A stretch of 64,000 bases of DNA from an uncultured delta proteobacterium (GCA_963808625.1 CAWEHK010000054.1:19123-83122), one strand, 5' to 3'; counted from the stretch's first letter, positions 17,389-29,585 are shown. Notes: generated from the sequence alone by a model not told the origin. Numbers and translations are program-made.

Positions 17389-17721
17389 AAGACCCCCTAC
17401 TTTACATTATCCACATTCATCAGTCTTTGGAGAAAATCCTGGATTACACTCGTGGCGGACGTGAAGCTTTCTTGGCCGACCCCAAGACCCAGGATGCGGT
17501 TATCCGCAATTTTGAGGTGATTGGCGAGGCAGCCAAACGCCTCCCCGAGTTCATCGTCCTCTACCCCCAAATTCCATGGCGGAGGATGGCCGGGTTTCGA
17601 GATATTTTGATTCACGCAGACCGATCGTGTGGACATGGACGAAATCTGGAACATCGTTGAACAGCATGTCGCACATCTTTTCGCGGAGATCAATGGCATC
17701 CGCAAAGCAATGCAGAGATGA
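17385..17721 (+). pseudogene. hepT: HEPN (DUF86) toxin HepT, frame broken just after the RX4H motif
   Basis: ...WRRMAGFRDILIH, then the frame is lost at ~17621-17627. The conserved tail DRVDMDEIWNIVEQHVAHLFAEINGIRKAMQR* continues in another frame to 17721. Confidence 0.7.
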
Positions 17722-17831
17722 GAAGCTGAGGTTCCGGCCGACCAGTTGCGCACTGTGTTAGTCCCCGACCCGAACTTGCGCAGTCGTTCCTATCCTGATG
17801 CACCTACCGGGACAGATCCCCTGAGCAACAG

Positions 17832-19635
17832 CTATCTTGCTGGCAGCTTCATGATGAATACCGTCCCCTTCCCCGGTTCGCTCTCGCAGGCGATGGTCCC
17901 CCGGTGGGCCTCGATGATGGTTTTGCAGATGGCGAGGCCGAGGCCGGTGCCTTGTTTTCCCTTGGTGGTGAAGAAGGGGTCGAAAATCTTCTCCCTGATG
18001 TCGGGGCTGATCCCCGGCCCGGTGTCGGCGATGGTCACCTGAAGCGCATCCCCGGTGACCTTCCCGGTGATTTCAATGCGGCCCCCGGCGCCCACGGCTT
18101 CGAGACTGTTTTTCACGAGATTGGTGAACACCTGGTGCATGAGGCGCTGATCGATGGTGACTGGAGGGAGCTCGGGCGGCCAGTCGAGGTGAATCGCAAT
18201 CCCTTTGCTTTCGGCCTGGGCCTCGAACACATAGAGGAGCTCCCGGAGCGTCCCCTCCAGTGACGCCCGCTGCAGCTTGAGCTCCGGTTTCTTGGCAAAC
18301 TGCAGGAAATTCTGGATAAAGGTCCTGACCCGCGCGGCATCCTTTTCCATGATGGCGATGGCCCTTTCGCTGGCGGGACTGAGCGTTTCCTTTTTCAACA
18401 CATTCAGGGTGAGGCCCATGTTGTTGAGAAGGTTCCCCACCTCATGCGTGACCTTGCTCGAGGTGGCCCCAAGGGTCGCCAGGTTTCTCGCATGAACGAG
18501 CTCCCGTGCGCGTCTCCACCTCCCGCTCGATGAACTGCTTCAGGGAATCGGCCATTTCGTTAAAAGCCGTCCCCAGTTCCCCGATTTCATCCTCGGACGC
18601 AATGTCAATTCGCTGATCGAGCTCGCCCCGGCCATACTTCTCAACCTGGTGGTGCAGGGTCCCGCACCGGCAGGAGAAAATGCCTGACTCGAGACCAGGT
18701 CAGGGCCACCGCCGCCAGGCAGACGAAAAGGGTGATCGCCAGCGCCAACCAGAAATTCTGATAGAGATACGCATAGATCTCGCGCTCTCTCTGGCTGAGC
18801 ACAATGAACCAATCGGAGCCTGGAATGCTGCCGCCCAGGCAGTAGTAGGTTCCGTCATCACGCTTTTCCGACCACGCAACCGGGGCGTCCGGAGACTCAC
18901 GGAGCTTCTCCAGGACGCCGGGCGGCACTCCCGGAAGTTCCTTGATAACGCGGTCGATTTCCCGGTGGCCGATGAGCTTTCCCGTGGCATCCAGAATAGT
19001 AGACCATGCCGCTTTCGCCGATCTGGATGCCTTCCAGGACATCCCAGATCGCCTTGAGGTTCAGTTCCGCCAGCAGCACCTGGCTCACCTGGCCCAGTCG
19101 AAATACCGGCGCGGCGATAAAGAGGTAGGGGATGTGCTCCTTGGTGACCATTGACTCCCGAGGCGGCCATTCGCCCGGCCAACGCTTCACGGTAAACTTC
19201 GAGCTGATCCGGCGCCGTTTCACTCAGGCGTTGACCCACTGCTACCGGGTCTTCTCCATCCGGCGAGACGAGGGAAAGCCAGACGAACTCGGCGGCAATA
19301 TGATGGAATGCCGTCAGCGCCATCTCCTGCTGCCACCGGTCCACCTTTGTCGCCGCCAGCACCCAGGCGAGGCTCTCCAACCCGTTTCTGGCATCGCCCA
19401 GGAACGCCCGGATTTCGCCTGCCGAGCTCTTGATGATATTGGTGTAATCCTGTCGGACCGTTTCTCTGAAGCTCAGGTAGCTGGTCCAGGAGAGGACAAG
19501 ACCGGTCACAGCGATGGCAAAGACCAGCAGGGGCAGGAGAAAGCGAAGAACTCGAGCGAGCAGTCTGCTCTTTCTGAACTCTTTGACCGCCTGGTGCAGT
19601 CCCAAAATCCTCGGCATAGGTCTGGCAACTTTCAA
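17832..19635 (-). pseudogene. Sensor histidine kinase (TM - periplasmic domain - TM - HAMP - HisKA - HATPase) with at least 4 frame breaks
   Basis: Pieces are 18700..19635, 18897..19223, 18641..19042, an unlisted HAMP frame (HHQVEKYGRGELDQRIDIASEDEIGELGTAFNEMADSL), and 17832..18440 (HEVGNLLNN...DTGPGISPD...GTGLGLAICK). Confidence 0.75.
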
Positions 19636-19846
19636 GAAAGAAGCTCACATCAACTCAAACTAAGTTTACCATAACCTTTTGCAGACCTGGCCCTTGCGAA
19701 TCAGAGCAGTGTGCGCTCCATAACCTGCTGCCTACAAAAATTCAATGCTGATAGCCAGCTCCCATCGGCGTATCGGCATGTCCGGCTTGACCCGGAGGAC
19801 GGAAAGAAGTATTTTGGGAATCGAAACTTCCACTTTGAGGCGCAAA

Positions 19847-21048
19847 ATGGAAATAATACCTCGATTTTTCCGGGTCCCTTCGCAGAGTTTCTTCCTTTTC
19901 GGCCCTCGTGGTACGGGAAAGTCGACCTGGCTGCGTCATGAACTGCCGGATGCGCTCTTCGTGGACCTGTCAGGCCCGAGGTGCACCGCGAACTGAGCGC
20001 TCACCCCGAGCACCTGAGGGAACTGGTTCTCGGATCTCCCGACCGCCATACCGTCGTCGTCGATGAAGTGCAGCGGGTGCCCGAGCTCCTCAACGTGGTG
20101 CACGACCTGATGTCAAAGCCCGTTTTCCCGCGTTTTGTCCTCACCGGTTCGAGTGCTCGCAAGCTGCGGCGTGGCGGCGTCGATTTGCTCGCCGGACGGG
20201 CGCTCTTGTGCACTCTCCACCCCTTCATGGCTGGGGAATTGGGGGATTTTCATGTGGCCCGGGCGCTGCGCCAGGGACTCTTGCCTCTTGCGGTCGCTTC
20301 TCCTTACCCCGATGACGTTCTCAAGGCCTACGCTTCTCTCTATCTCGAACAAGAAGTCCAGGTCGAGGGATGGGCCAGGAACGTGCCCAATTTCGCCCGA
20401 TTCCTCGAAGCAATCAGTTTTTCCCATGCCGCCGTTTTGAACATCAGCAATGTTGCTCGAGAATGTCATATCGAGCGCAAGACCGTGGCAACTTACGTCG
20501 AAGTCCTTGAAGATCTCCTGCTCGCCTTTCGTGTGCCGGTGTTCTCGCGTCGCGCAAATCGTGAAACAGCTGCCCACCCCAAATTTTATCTCTTTGACGC
20601 CGGCGTTTTTGGCTCAATCCGGCCGCGGGGGCCCCTGGATCGCCCCGAGGAAATCGCGAACGCTGCGCTGGAAGGTCTGGTAGCACAGCACTTGCGTGCC
20701 TGGATCGCCTACTCGGCCCATCAGGCCGGTCTTTTCTACTGGCGCACTCGTTCCGGGGTCGAAGTGGACTTCATCGTCTACGGTGAAGCGGGTTTCTGGG
20801 CCATCGAGGTAAAGAATACCGCCCGCGTGCGGCCGCAGGACTTGCGGCCGCTCAAGGCCTTCGTCTCAGACTATCCGGAATGCTGCCCATGCCTTCTCTA
20901 TCGCGGGGATGAGCGACTGAAAATTGGGGGGATCTGGTGCCTGCCCGTAGGAGAGTTCTTACACCGGTTGCACCCTTCCCAAAGGCTTAATGACTGGCTT
21001 GGGCCCCGTGATGACAGCAATTCCACAAGTATCAGCCCTTCCTCCTGA
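19847..21048 (+). CDS. AAA+ ATPase of the DUF4143 / COG1373 type, one frameshift near 19978
   Basis: MEIIPRFF...LFGPRGTGKST (Walker A), VVVDEVQRVPELL (Walker B). Frame change at ..CCCGAGGTG.. between ORFs 19745..19996 and 19981..21048. Confidence 0.75.
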
Positions 21049-21555
21049 CTTCAACCGTGAAGGTCGCAACCTGGGCGTTGCTTTCTTCCGCTTGACGGAT
21101 GATTTCCGCAAAGCGGTCCGGTCCGATTTCCACCTCGTTCTCACTGATCGCCAGCGGACCGGCAGAGTAAAAGAGGAAGAGCTGGTTAATCCCGACATCA
21201 TCCTCGGAGAATACCGGTGTAATGTGCAGTGGCTGCAAAACCTCCCTGTTTTCGTACAGGACCACAATGTCCTTCCGATCTCGTCGAATCATCAGGAGCG
21301 GAGGATCATAAAGGCCTCCTGCGCCCCATCCGCCTCCGTATGGACCGCGCGGAAGGCATCCGGCATCCGCCGGAATTCCCACCTTCCCCTGGCCAGAACA
21401 AAGTTGACCAGGGCGACCAGCCGAAATTTTTTGAACTCCTCTCCGGAGACATTCTTCGACTCACCTTTGCCTTCGGAGAACGTGAAATCTTTTGTCTTCT
21501 CCCACAGGAAAGCAAACAATTCCGGGTGATTTTCATCATCGACATGAGACTGCAT
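21032..21555 (-). CDS. Hypothetical protein, apparently split by one frameshift (~21300)
   Basis: ORFs 21292..21555 and 21032..21382 abut in adjacent frames. No motif recognised. Confidence 0.35.
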
Positions 21556-21724
21556 GGCGCCGATTTACCCTTCCCTTCATGTTGATCAGCCTGATCAGCG
21601 AGAACCTCGCAAACAAGTTCCCACCATTTAGAGCGTGTCAAAAAAGCTCTCACTGGATGAGCTCTCAAAACTGGCTTACTCTGTCAACCCGGCGGAAGCA
21701 GGGATCCAGAATCCCGCGGAAAAC

Positions 21725-21752
21725 CTGGATTCCGGCTTTCGCCGGAATGACG
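21725..21752. repeat. REP family A hairpin (CTGGATTCCGGCTTTCGCCGGAATGACG)
   Basis: Identical 28-mer at 50769..50796. Related copies at 29606..29633, 29642..29669, 31225..31257, 34889..34921 and 50725..50751. Confidence 0.8.
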
Positions 21753-22302
21753 GTCAAACGCATTTTGACGATTTTGAGGTAATTACTTAACAGCTTCCTC
21801 CATTCCGATCAACCACCATCGGAGTCCTGTCCATTTCTTCCACTCCCGACCGGTTCCCGGTCTCGCCATCGATACTGATGTCAAGAGGCCGGGCAGCAGT
21901 GACTGGGGAGTGGCCCCATTCATTGCCTGCTGCCGAATCCCAGTTGCTGCCAAGGCGATTTCCGGCAAAATGCCTCACCGCCTGCGCCCTCTTGCCCCGG
22001 TGCTGGGGAGGGTGCCGCCTGAATGCCCTGGCAAGTGGAGAAAATTTCAACGGTGTTGACTGCCAGGAAGAGGCCATTTGGCTTATCCTCGATGAGCACA
22101 TAAGGCAGCAGGTACTAACCGCGCTTTCATCGAAAAATGTGCCCATGGCAAGGGAAGCGGTTTGATGGGGGCTGGGTTGAAACAGTGACAATGATAGCGA
22201 ATGGGCTACTCACACAGGTGGATCGCCCCACAAGCACCGAATGCCCTTGTGGGCGGACCCTGTCGTGAAGAGACGCATGCTCATGAAACGGGTCCACGGG
22301 GG

Positions 22303-22340
22303 CCAATCCCCCGGGCAAATCAGGTTGCCCGGGGGATTGG
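22303..22340 (-). terminator. Perfect 16-bp GC-rich hairpin just downstream of the small ORF
   Basis: CCAATCCCCCGGGCAA-ATCAGG-TTGCCCGGGGGATTGG. No U-tract follows on either strand, so it is not a canonical intrinsic terminator. Confidence 0.4.
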
Positions 22341-22349
22341 GGTTAGAGG

Positions 22350-22439
22350 TTAGCCCACGGAGAACGGGCCGAGCTGGCAGCAATAAAACGCCGCGGCGTC
22401 GATGTCATAAGTACCTTTTTCAATCACGAACAGTGTCAT
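22350..22439 (-). CDS. 29-aa small ORF MTLFVIEKGTYDIDAAAFYCCQLGPFSVG
   Basis: AAAGGAGGTGAT ends 3 nt (ACC) before the ATG (GGAGG core 7 nt upstream). Followed within 10 nt by the 16-bp hairpin. Too short for the ORF track. Confidence 0.4.
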   Translation of the reverse strand: MTLFVIEKGTYDIDAAAFYCCQLGPFSVG

Positions 22440-22782
22440 GGTATCACCTCCTTTCCTTGCATATACCCGCCTTTTGTGACACCAGCATTTAATCTACAGA
22501 TCGCTGGGAAGGTGGTATTCAGGTCACTTTGATTGAAAAAAATTTATATAATGATTCAAATATGATACAACCGATCGCCAAGAGATTTTCAACGACGATC
22601 GACCTGCGTCACCTAATTCTCACGGAATGACGAGAGGTTTGATGAGTAATTCAAGGTGTGGACGTGCATTGGGGGGATACGCATGGAACAGGCAATCTAT
22701 GAACCGCTGCTTCGCAGTTCATTGACAGCGGTTGCGATTTCGAACTCTATCGAAGGGGAAAACTGGCATCCGCAGGAAGTGG

Positions 22783-24359
22783 TCAACGGGAGCCGAGTGA
22801 AGCCTGCCACAAACGGTGTGTTCCAGAATGATCAAATGAGAAACGATGTGGCAAGCGGAACCGTTTTGACATTACATCAAATTTGACCTCATGAACGAGA
22901 AACACCCCCGGATGGAGCGAAGCAACCAAGGAATCCACTTCCTGATAGAGGCTTTTACGTTTGTCGGAGTCTTTAGCCTGAGCGATTCCATGCAGCACTG
23001 CAGCGATCTGCGGGTGATCGAACAAACCCACTCCTGTTTTTTGCCCATCGACGCCAGCCCATACCTGCACCACGATTTCAGGAGCTTTTGAAGAAGCCCA
23101 CAATTGTGTGAGCACGGCCTGGAATTCCTTATTATGATCATATCTATGCAAAAGCTCATTTTGCGCCAATGAGTTCAGATACGTTTTTATACCGACATCA
23201 TTCAGGAAAAGCTGTAAGCATTCCGCGACCAGTTTGTCGATCAGGTGTCCCTCAGTGATTAGGATGCTGAATTCAAAGCGTTTCCCTTGCCGATGGAGGA
23301 ACTGATCCTGCGAGTCGTACATCCAGCCTGCCTGCTTGAGCAGTTCCAGTGCTCTGCCTGGATTGTAGGGAACAGGCTTCAATTCCGGTTTGTGGTAAGG
23401 GGAGTTCACTCCGAAAGGTCCAGTTGCCGCCATCCCCGCACCATGGAAGATGCTGTCAATGAGGGCCTGTTTATCCACCGCATAGGCCAGCGCCAGACGC
23501 ACATCCGGTTCGGTAAAGAGGGGATCGGTGGTGTTGAACAGGAGAATCGAATAGTACTCCGAGACTACCTCGTTGAAACAAAATCTGTCATGGTATTGCT
23601 TTAACATATGGTAGTCTTTGGGCGAGAGTCGTACACCGATATCTGTTTTTCCCGAAAGGAGTCTGGCCCAGGATTTTTCTCCATCCGGCTCGTAACACAA
23701 AAACAACCTCATCCAGGGACGGCCTGCCGCCATAGTAGCTTTCGTAGGCTGCGAGGCCAACTTCTTTCTCTCCTCTTCGATATTTGAAACGAAACGGCCC
23801 GGACCCAATCGGATGATCAGAGAAGTCGGGAAGGATCCCTTCCGGGATGGGGAATAATTTCCATATCCCATATCTTCATAGGGAAATCCGGATCGTTTCT
23901 CTTCAGCCTGATAAGCAGAGAGGTATCCGTGAGGAGAGTAATCCGATCGATCAAGCCAAATACTGAGGGCCGCCAGATTTCAAGGCTGTACCCCAGCGAA
24001 TAATCGACATCCCTGGTTGTAAGGCGACGGCCGTCATGGAACAGAGCGTTGTCTCTAAGATATATGGTCCAGGTGAAGCTGGCGGCATCATAGTCCCATC
24101 GAATCGCCAGATCCGGTTCAAGTTGCCCGTCTTCATCAGGGACAAAGAGATAACTGTAAAGCAGCGGGAAGACGCTCGAAGAACCGGATTCGGAGCCTTT
24201 CACGGGGTCTAATGAGCCGAAAGGAGCAGGAATATCGATCCTGAGAACATTCTCGTTTTGACTCCCGGTCTCGATGGAAGAGTGCTCGGCTTTGGTGCAG
24301 GACAACATGAGGAGGACTATTGGAACCGCCAGTAACAACGCCCATAGACTCCTCAGCAT
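22783..24359 (-). CDS. ABC transporter substrate-binding lipoprotein, family 5 (peptide/nickel type), one frameshift near 23840
   Basis: N-terminus MLRSLWALLLAVPIVLLMLSC carries a lipobox. Family-5 SBP-like sequence runs across ORFs 23817..24359 and 22783..23871. Confidence 0.7.
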
Positions 24360-24475
24360 GGTGTGATAACCTTTGCCTCAAGCCTCGCTGAAATCGGGCT
24401 GCGCCAATTTCTCGGCACCCCCTGGCCCATCAGCTGAAATGTCAAATGTGTTCCACACAACCACGCCCTTCTCGC

Positions 24476-26993
24476 TCAAAACGTGCCACTGTATTTCAGG
24501 AAGGCCCAGTAATACGGGTGCGCGCCAGGACTCAGGAGCGAGGCCTCCTGTTTCGACATTCTCCCCCTGGTGCCGGAGCTGTCAGCCTCGACGAATCCTT
24601 CCTTAAGCACCTTCCGCTGCGCTTCATGGAGGGCTTTAACCGGCTGCAGACCGTCTCTTCGCCTTCGATGGAATTCCTTCATGACTTCCCAAGCACCCTG
24701 GTCATTGATCGGATAAAAACTGCTGACCACTCCCCTGGCTCCCATCTGGAGGAACACGCCGTCGAGGGCCAGATATTCTTCGTACCGCAAATTCCACTCG
24801 TCACTTCTGCCCGTCTCGCAGGCGGCGAGGACCGCCAGGGGCAATCCGGCGAGATTCAACGCTCCTTATCATATCCGCATGAGACACGTCACCATCGGCG
24901 AGGTGGAGTGAAATACCCTCCGCAGTCCTTCTTCCATGACAGATGAGTTCCATGAGGGAAAGCTCTCCTCGCATAGCTTTTGAAGCATCGACCAGGCCTC
25001 GAACGTGGCCTTGCCGCCCTGGAGCGGGACCACCTGCCCGGCGCCGTATGTATCGAACAGATATTGAAATTCCTGTTCTCCGTAAGGAAGAGGCCGGTCG
25101 GCTGGCGCATAAAAGAGCGCCATAGGCCTTCTTCCCATCGCACGCTTCGGAGCAAAACAGGCGATAGCTGAGCGTGAGGGAGGGAGTATAGCACACCTCG
25201 AAATCCTCGATGAAAAACCTCTTCGTGTCAGGGAGGAAGGCGGCATGGAGGGGAAGGCATGGAGAAAAGCATGAGGGGAAAGGTAGATTCGCCGGGTCCC
25301 GATCTGGCTCAGAAACGCCGCCACCGGCTGCATCAATTGTCCCGTCACCTCCAGCAGGGTATCGAGACTGGGAAGGATCGATGCCCCTCCCGTCCGAAAG
25401 GAGTCGACGAAGCCGCCAAGAGCCTCCTCCAGCAGAATCGGCTTGAGATCTTTGAGGATGTGCTCATAGGCGATTCCCGAGTCGGTGGGATAGGCGAGCA
25501 GGAAGTGAAGATCGGCAGACTCCCGGCGAAAGAAGCACTCCACCGCGGCGCTGCCCGTTTGCGACAAGAGCTCGAAAAGCTCCGCTTCCGTCAAGGGCTC
25601 GGGGTGGATGAGATTGATGTAATCCGGATCGAGAACGGTTAACTCTTCGAGAAGCACCTTCTGTCGGTTCAGATGTTCCTTAAGCGACGCGTACAGCTCC
25701 TGTTGCCGGGGATTGCCGCTGGAACGGCCCGGCGTCGCGCTAACTTCTTTTTCCGTGGCTAATGCGGCTCGCAACCCCCGGAGATCATGGCAGAGCTCCC
25801 AATACTTCCGGACAGGCTCGGCGGCCTGATCATTTCGTGGGCTCACCTGCTCCAGATTGACATCCTCCAGGAGGCTCCGGGAGCGCATCTGTTCGAGCCA
25901 GTACAGGGCCTCGGCATAGCGGCGCTCTTCCAGCATGAAATGGACCCCGACATCGAAGAGACTGACCGAGCGCCGGAGATAGTCCCTGCGGGCCTTGGGG
26001 TCCGCAATTTCGCTATGGATGGCAGAAACGAGCTTCAGTGCTTCAGCCATTGCCTCGAGTGATTCGTCCAGCAACTCCCTGTTGTTTTCCAGCCGAGCCT
26101 GGTGCAGGAGTGAGAACCCGAGACCATACCGGGCAAAGCAGTAGAGTTGCGGACGGGTGCCCGCATCCACAACGGAGAGGGCGGCCCGGTAATAGCGCGC
26201 CGCTTGAAGGAACTCGATGGCCTTTTCGATATTCTCCGCCGGGTTCCCTTCGATACGCCGCCGGTAGGCATTCGCCAGGGCATAGCGGGTACATTGCCCA
26301 ATCCCCTGGCACGAGCTCTTTGGTCCAGACCGAAAGCGCTTCTCCAAAACAATCAATGGCCTTTTCCAGGTTGTCTGAAGGATTTTCCCTGATCCGTTTT
26401 GCGTATGCGTTTCCGAGTGCATAGAGGGTCGCCGCCCAGTCCAGGGGAGCGGCCTCCCTGGTCCTGACCGTAAGCGTCTGATTCAGGCAATTGATGGCTT
26501 CTTCCTGGTTCTCCGCCGGGTCTCCCTTGATACGAACGGTCAGGGCGCCGCCTAGGGCGGTCATGGCCAATGCCCAATAGCCCGGAGCGCCGGCCCTTGT
26601 CCATACGGTGAGGGCCTGCCGGTAATAGTGGATGCCCTTCTCCCCATTTTCGGCAGAGTTTACGTTGATGCGCACCATATAAGCGTTCCCCAGTGCGTAC
26701 ATGGTCAGCGCCCGCTCGTGCCCATGGGTATCGGGCCACAGAGACAGCGCTTCCTCCAGATACCTGGTGGCGTACTCGGCATTCAAAGCTGGACTGCCGA
26801 GGGAGACCTTGAGAAGTTCCATGCCAAGGTTTGTATGAAGGAGCGCTCTCTTTTCCGGTGATGACTGATCGTCGGCAAGAGTTTCGAGCCGGGATACCAA
26901 TTGCGTCAACTGATGCTTTGTTTCGACGTTATCGGCTGCTGCCATGAGAGCCTTCAAGTGGGCTGATGTCTGCTCATGAAATCGTCTGTCCAC
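24476..26993 (-). pseudogene. TPR + CHAT-domain (caspase-like) protein, at least 3 frame breaks
   Basis: TPR-like N-part in 26043..26993 and a middle part in 24869..26422. The His-containing piece ..LMELICHGRRT.. is in the 24801..25196 frame. The Cys piece ..LAVLAACETGRSD.. is in 24476..24859. Confidence 0.65.
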
Positions 26994-27148
26994 AGGGCTT
27001 TTGTTCCTTCAGAGCTCGACCCGAGCGGAGGGATTTGTGGCTGTTAGATGAGCGCTCTTTAGGGTTCCCTCCGAGATACCCATTCTTCAGGAGCGTTTAC
27101 GAAAGCGGGAGCAGAACAGTTGCCAGGCCAAAGGTATTGTGTCTTCGG

Positions 27149-27436
27149 TTAGAGAAAGACTTTGTAACCAATATTTAAGGCCTTACTCAGTTTCTTCGCC
27201 GTCTCCTTTCCAATCGGTCGTTTTCCGTGCTCCATTTCAGAGATATGCCGCTGGGGGATGCCGGTCATTTGCGCAAGCTGCTGCTGTGTCAAACCCTCTT
27301 TACCCCTGGCGCCAGCCAGCATGGCGCCCGGAGTCAGCTCCTCTTCCTCGAAGCACTCACGCCATGGAAGAGAGTCTGAGATTTCTGTGAACCCCAAAGG
27401 CCTAAGGACTTCAATCGCCTCATTCTGTTTCTTCAT
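27149..27436 (-). CDS. XRE-family HTH antitoxin-like protein
   Basis: GLTQQQLAQMTGIPQRHISEMEHGKRPIGKETAKKLSKAL is a classic HTH_3. Start taken at MKKQNEA; the ORF is open to 27460. Confidence 0.7.
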   Translation of the reverse strand: MKKQNEAIEVLRPLGFTEISDSLPWRECFEEEELTPGAMLAGARGKEGLTQQQLAQMTGIPQRHISEMEHGKRPIGKETAKKLSKALNIGYKVFL

Positions 27437-27647
27437 CGGTCCAAGGAACCGCAGTTGCACCCGCTGCTCCTCAATAAGGCGCTTTTTCGTGAGAACCCCG
27501 CATAGGTCACCTCAACCAATCGGATTTCTGGTTGTCGATCACTCTCCGAAATTCCAGCAACTAGGTATGTTCCGACCTTGAGTCTTGATGTGGGCAGATT
27601 ATCCGTTGCTATGAGCCTAAGTCAAGGTCGGTCATCGCCTCAGAGAG

Positions 27648-29585
27648 TCAAAACTGATAATTCACCCCGCCCTCGACCCACCGTCCGGGCTGGGGATAGG
27701 TGTAGCGGAGGAGATAACCGGTGTTGGTCAGGTTGTGGACGGTGAAAAAGATGCCCGGCTTTCCGGCGCAGGCGGGGACAAAGGGCAGGCTTGACCTTGA
27801 GCATGTAATCGAAGACGAAGACCTGGTCCCGGGTTTCGGGAACGCTCGAGTTGTTGTAGACATACCGGCCAATGAGGGAGTGGGTCATCCACTTGTAGGT
27901 GTAGGATGCCGATGCATCGTAGAGAATGCGCGGCACATCCTGGATGATTTCATCGGTCTCGTCGTTGCGGACATCGATGAAGCTCCCGCCGAAGGACAAC
28001 CCCAACCCCCAGGGCAGGGTCGCCGCGATTCTCCCCTCGACGCCCTGCCGGGTAGCCTCATCGAGGTTTTCATACCTGCGGAATTGCCCATTCTCGAAAA
28101 ACGTGGGCACGAGGAGGTTGTTGACATCGGCCCGGAACAGGGTGAGTCCCAATTTCAGAAACTGGAACATTCTGAAGTCGCCGCCAACCTGGTAGTTGAC
28201 TGCCGTTTCCGCCTCGAGGTCCTTGTTGCCGTGAAGCGGATCATTCACCCAGAGCGCCGGGGGCGCCGAAAAGCCGCGGGCGATCTGCGCCCGCAGCAGG
28301 GCGTCGTTATCGAGAAGGTGGTAGACGATGCCGCCCGAGGGGCTGACTTCCGAACCGAAATCGAGGTTGTTGTCGTAGCGGAGACCGGCATTGAAGGCGA
28401 ATTTTCCCAATTCATAGGTGTCGTTGGCATAGAGCGCCCAGTTTCCCGAATCGTACCTGGTCAGGAGGGGACTGACCCAGGGAGCTCCAGTCGTAGTAGC
28501 CCCAATCGCCGTCAAACCCGACCAGAAAGCGATTGGCTTGCCGGTCGTAGCTCATCCGGGCCGAAGCCCCCAGGGTCTGCTGGAGGTAGTCGAAGTAGCT
28601 CAACTTCGAATCGGGGAAGATGAAGTCGTAGGTCGAGGTGTAATTCCTGATGACGGCCTTCAACGGTAAGATTGAGGCCATCCGCCAGCAAGGTCTCGAA
28701 CTGCAGGCGCTGATAGCTGCGCTGCTGGGAGGTGTCGGCAAAGAAGCCTCGGGGCGGCCAAACCGGGATGGGCGTCTCGGTGTGACCGCGATCGAAGCTG
28801 TAGATGAAGTTGAGGCGGCTCGCCTCCCCGGTGAGGAAGTTCAGCTTGGTGTAGACCGCATCCTGCCGATAGTCATTGTTGGGCATGATGCCGTCACTGT
28901 TTTCATGGGTCGCCGAAACAAGGTAGCTGAAGCGCTCGACGAACCCGCTGACCGTGGCCCTCCCCCGCGCCGTGTTGAAATCGCCATAGGAGGCCGTGGC
29001 ATCGACGGAGACGGGCTTGCTCAGGTCGGGCTCGCGGGTGATGATGTTGATCACCCCGCCCAGACCCGACCCCCAGGCCGACGAAGCCGCTCCCTGGTAG
29101 ACTTCGATGCGCTCGATATTGGCAACGGGAAGAAAGGAGAGGTCCGTCAGCGGGTTGGCGAGCTGATTGAGCGGCACACCGTCCTGGAATACCGCCACAT
29201 GCCGCACCTCCGAACCCTGAATCGAGGCCACTGACAAGCTGCCGGGGCTGCCGCCGTTGAATTCGACGTAAACCCCCGGCACGTACTGGAGCACTTCGCC
29301 GACGTTGTTGACCGGGATCTTTTCGATTTCCTCCCGGGTGATGACGGAGACGTTCGCCGCCACATCCGATTTGGGCGTGGCCTGGCGCGTGTAGGAAAAG
29401 ACCAGCTCCTCCCGCTGGCCGGCGCCCGGTCCCGAACCCTGGGTTGGGGTCCCCGCCGACGAGGCGTCGGCAGATGAGTCTCCGCTCAATTCCTCAGCAA
29501 ATCCCAGGTTTGCTCCGAAGGACATAAAGCACAGGAGACATAAAAAAAAGATCAGGCCGCTGCACCCTGGCGCGAGCCCACACAA
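27648..29585 (-). pseudogene. TonB-dependent outer-membrane receptor, at least 3 frame breaks
   Basis: Plug region: VSVITREEIEKIPVNNVGEVLQYVPGV...IERIEVYQGAASSAWGSGLGGVINIITR. Barrel pieces lie in 28412..28741 and 27640..28515. The true C-terminus ...FTVHNLTNTGYLLRYTYPQPGRWVEGGVNYQF* is in the 27648..27872 frame. The start is uncertain (TTG ~29585). Confidence 0.7.

Noticed and set aside
21492-21782. 96-aa ORF ending ..WIPAFAGMTVKRILTILR, and similar ORFs through 31183..31601
   Set aside because: They are read-throughs of REP family A/B palindromes. The 'conserved' peptides come from the repeat DNA.
24475-24489. TGGCACGTTTTGAGC on the minus strand, ~115 nt upstream of the ABC binding-protein gene, as a sigma-54 promoter
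   Set aside because: The -24 half and the spacing are right, but the -12 half is GAGC rather than TTGC. The site overlaps the stop codon of the CHAT gene, and no activator-site evidence was found. It is kept only as a weak possibility.
24476-26993. TPR-CHAT as the Csx29-like protease of a type III-E CRISPR system
   Set aside because: No gRAMP/Cas7-11-like gene, other cas gene or CRISPR array occurs anywhere in the 64 kb.
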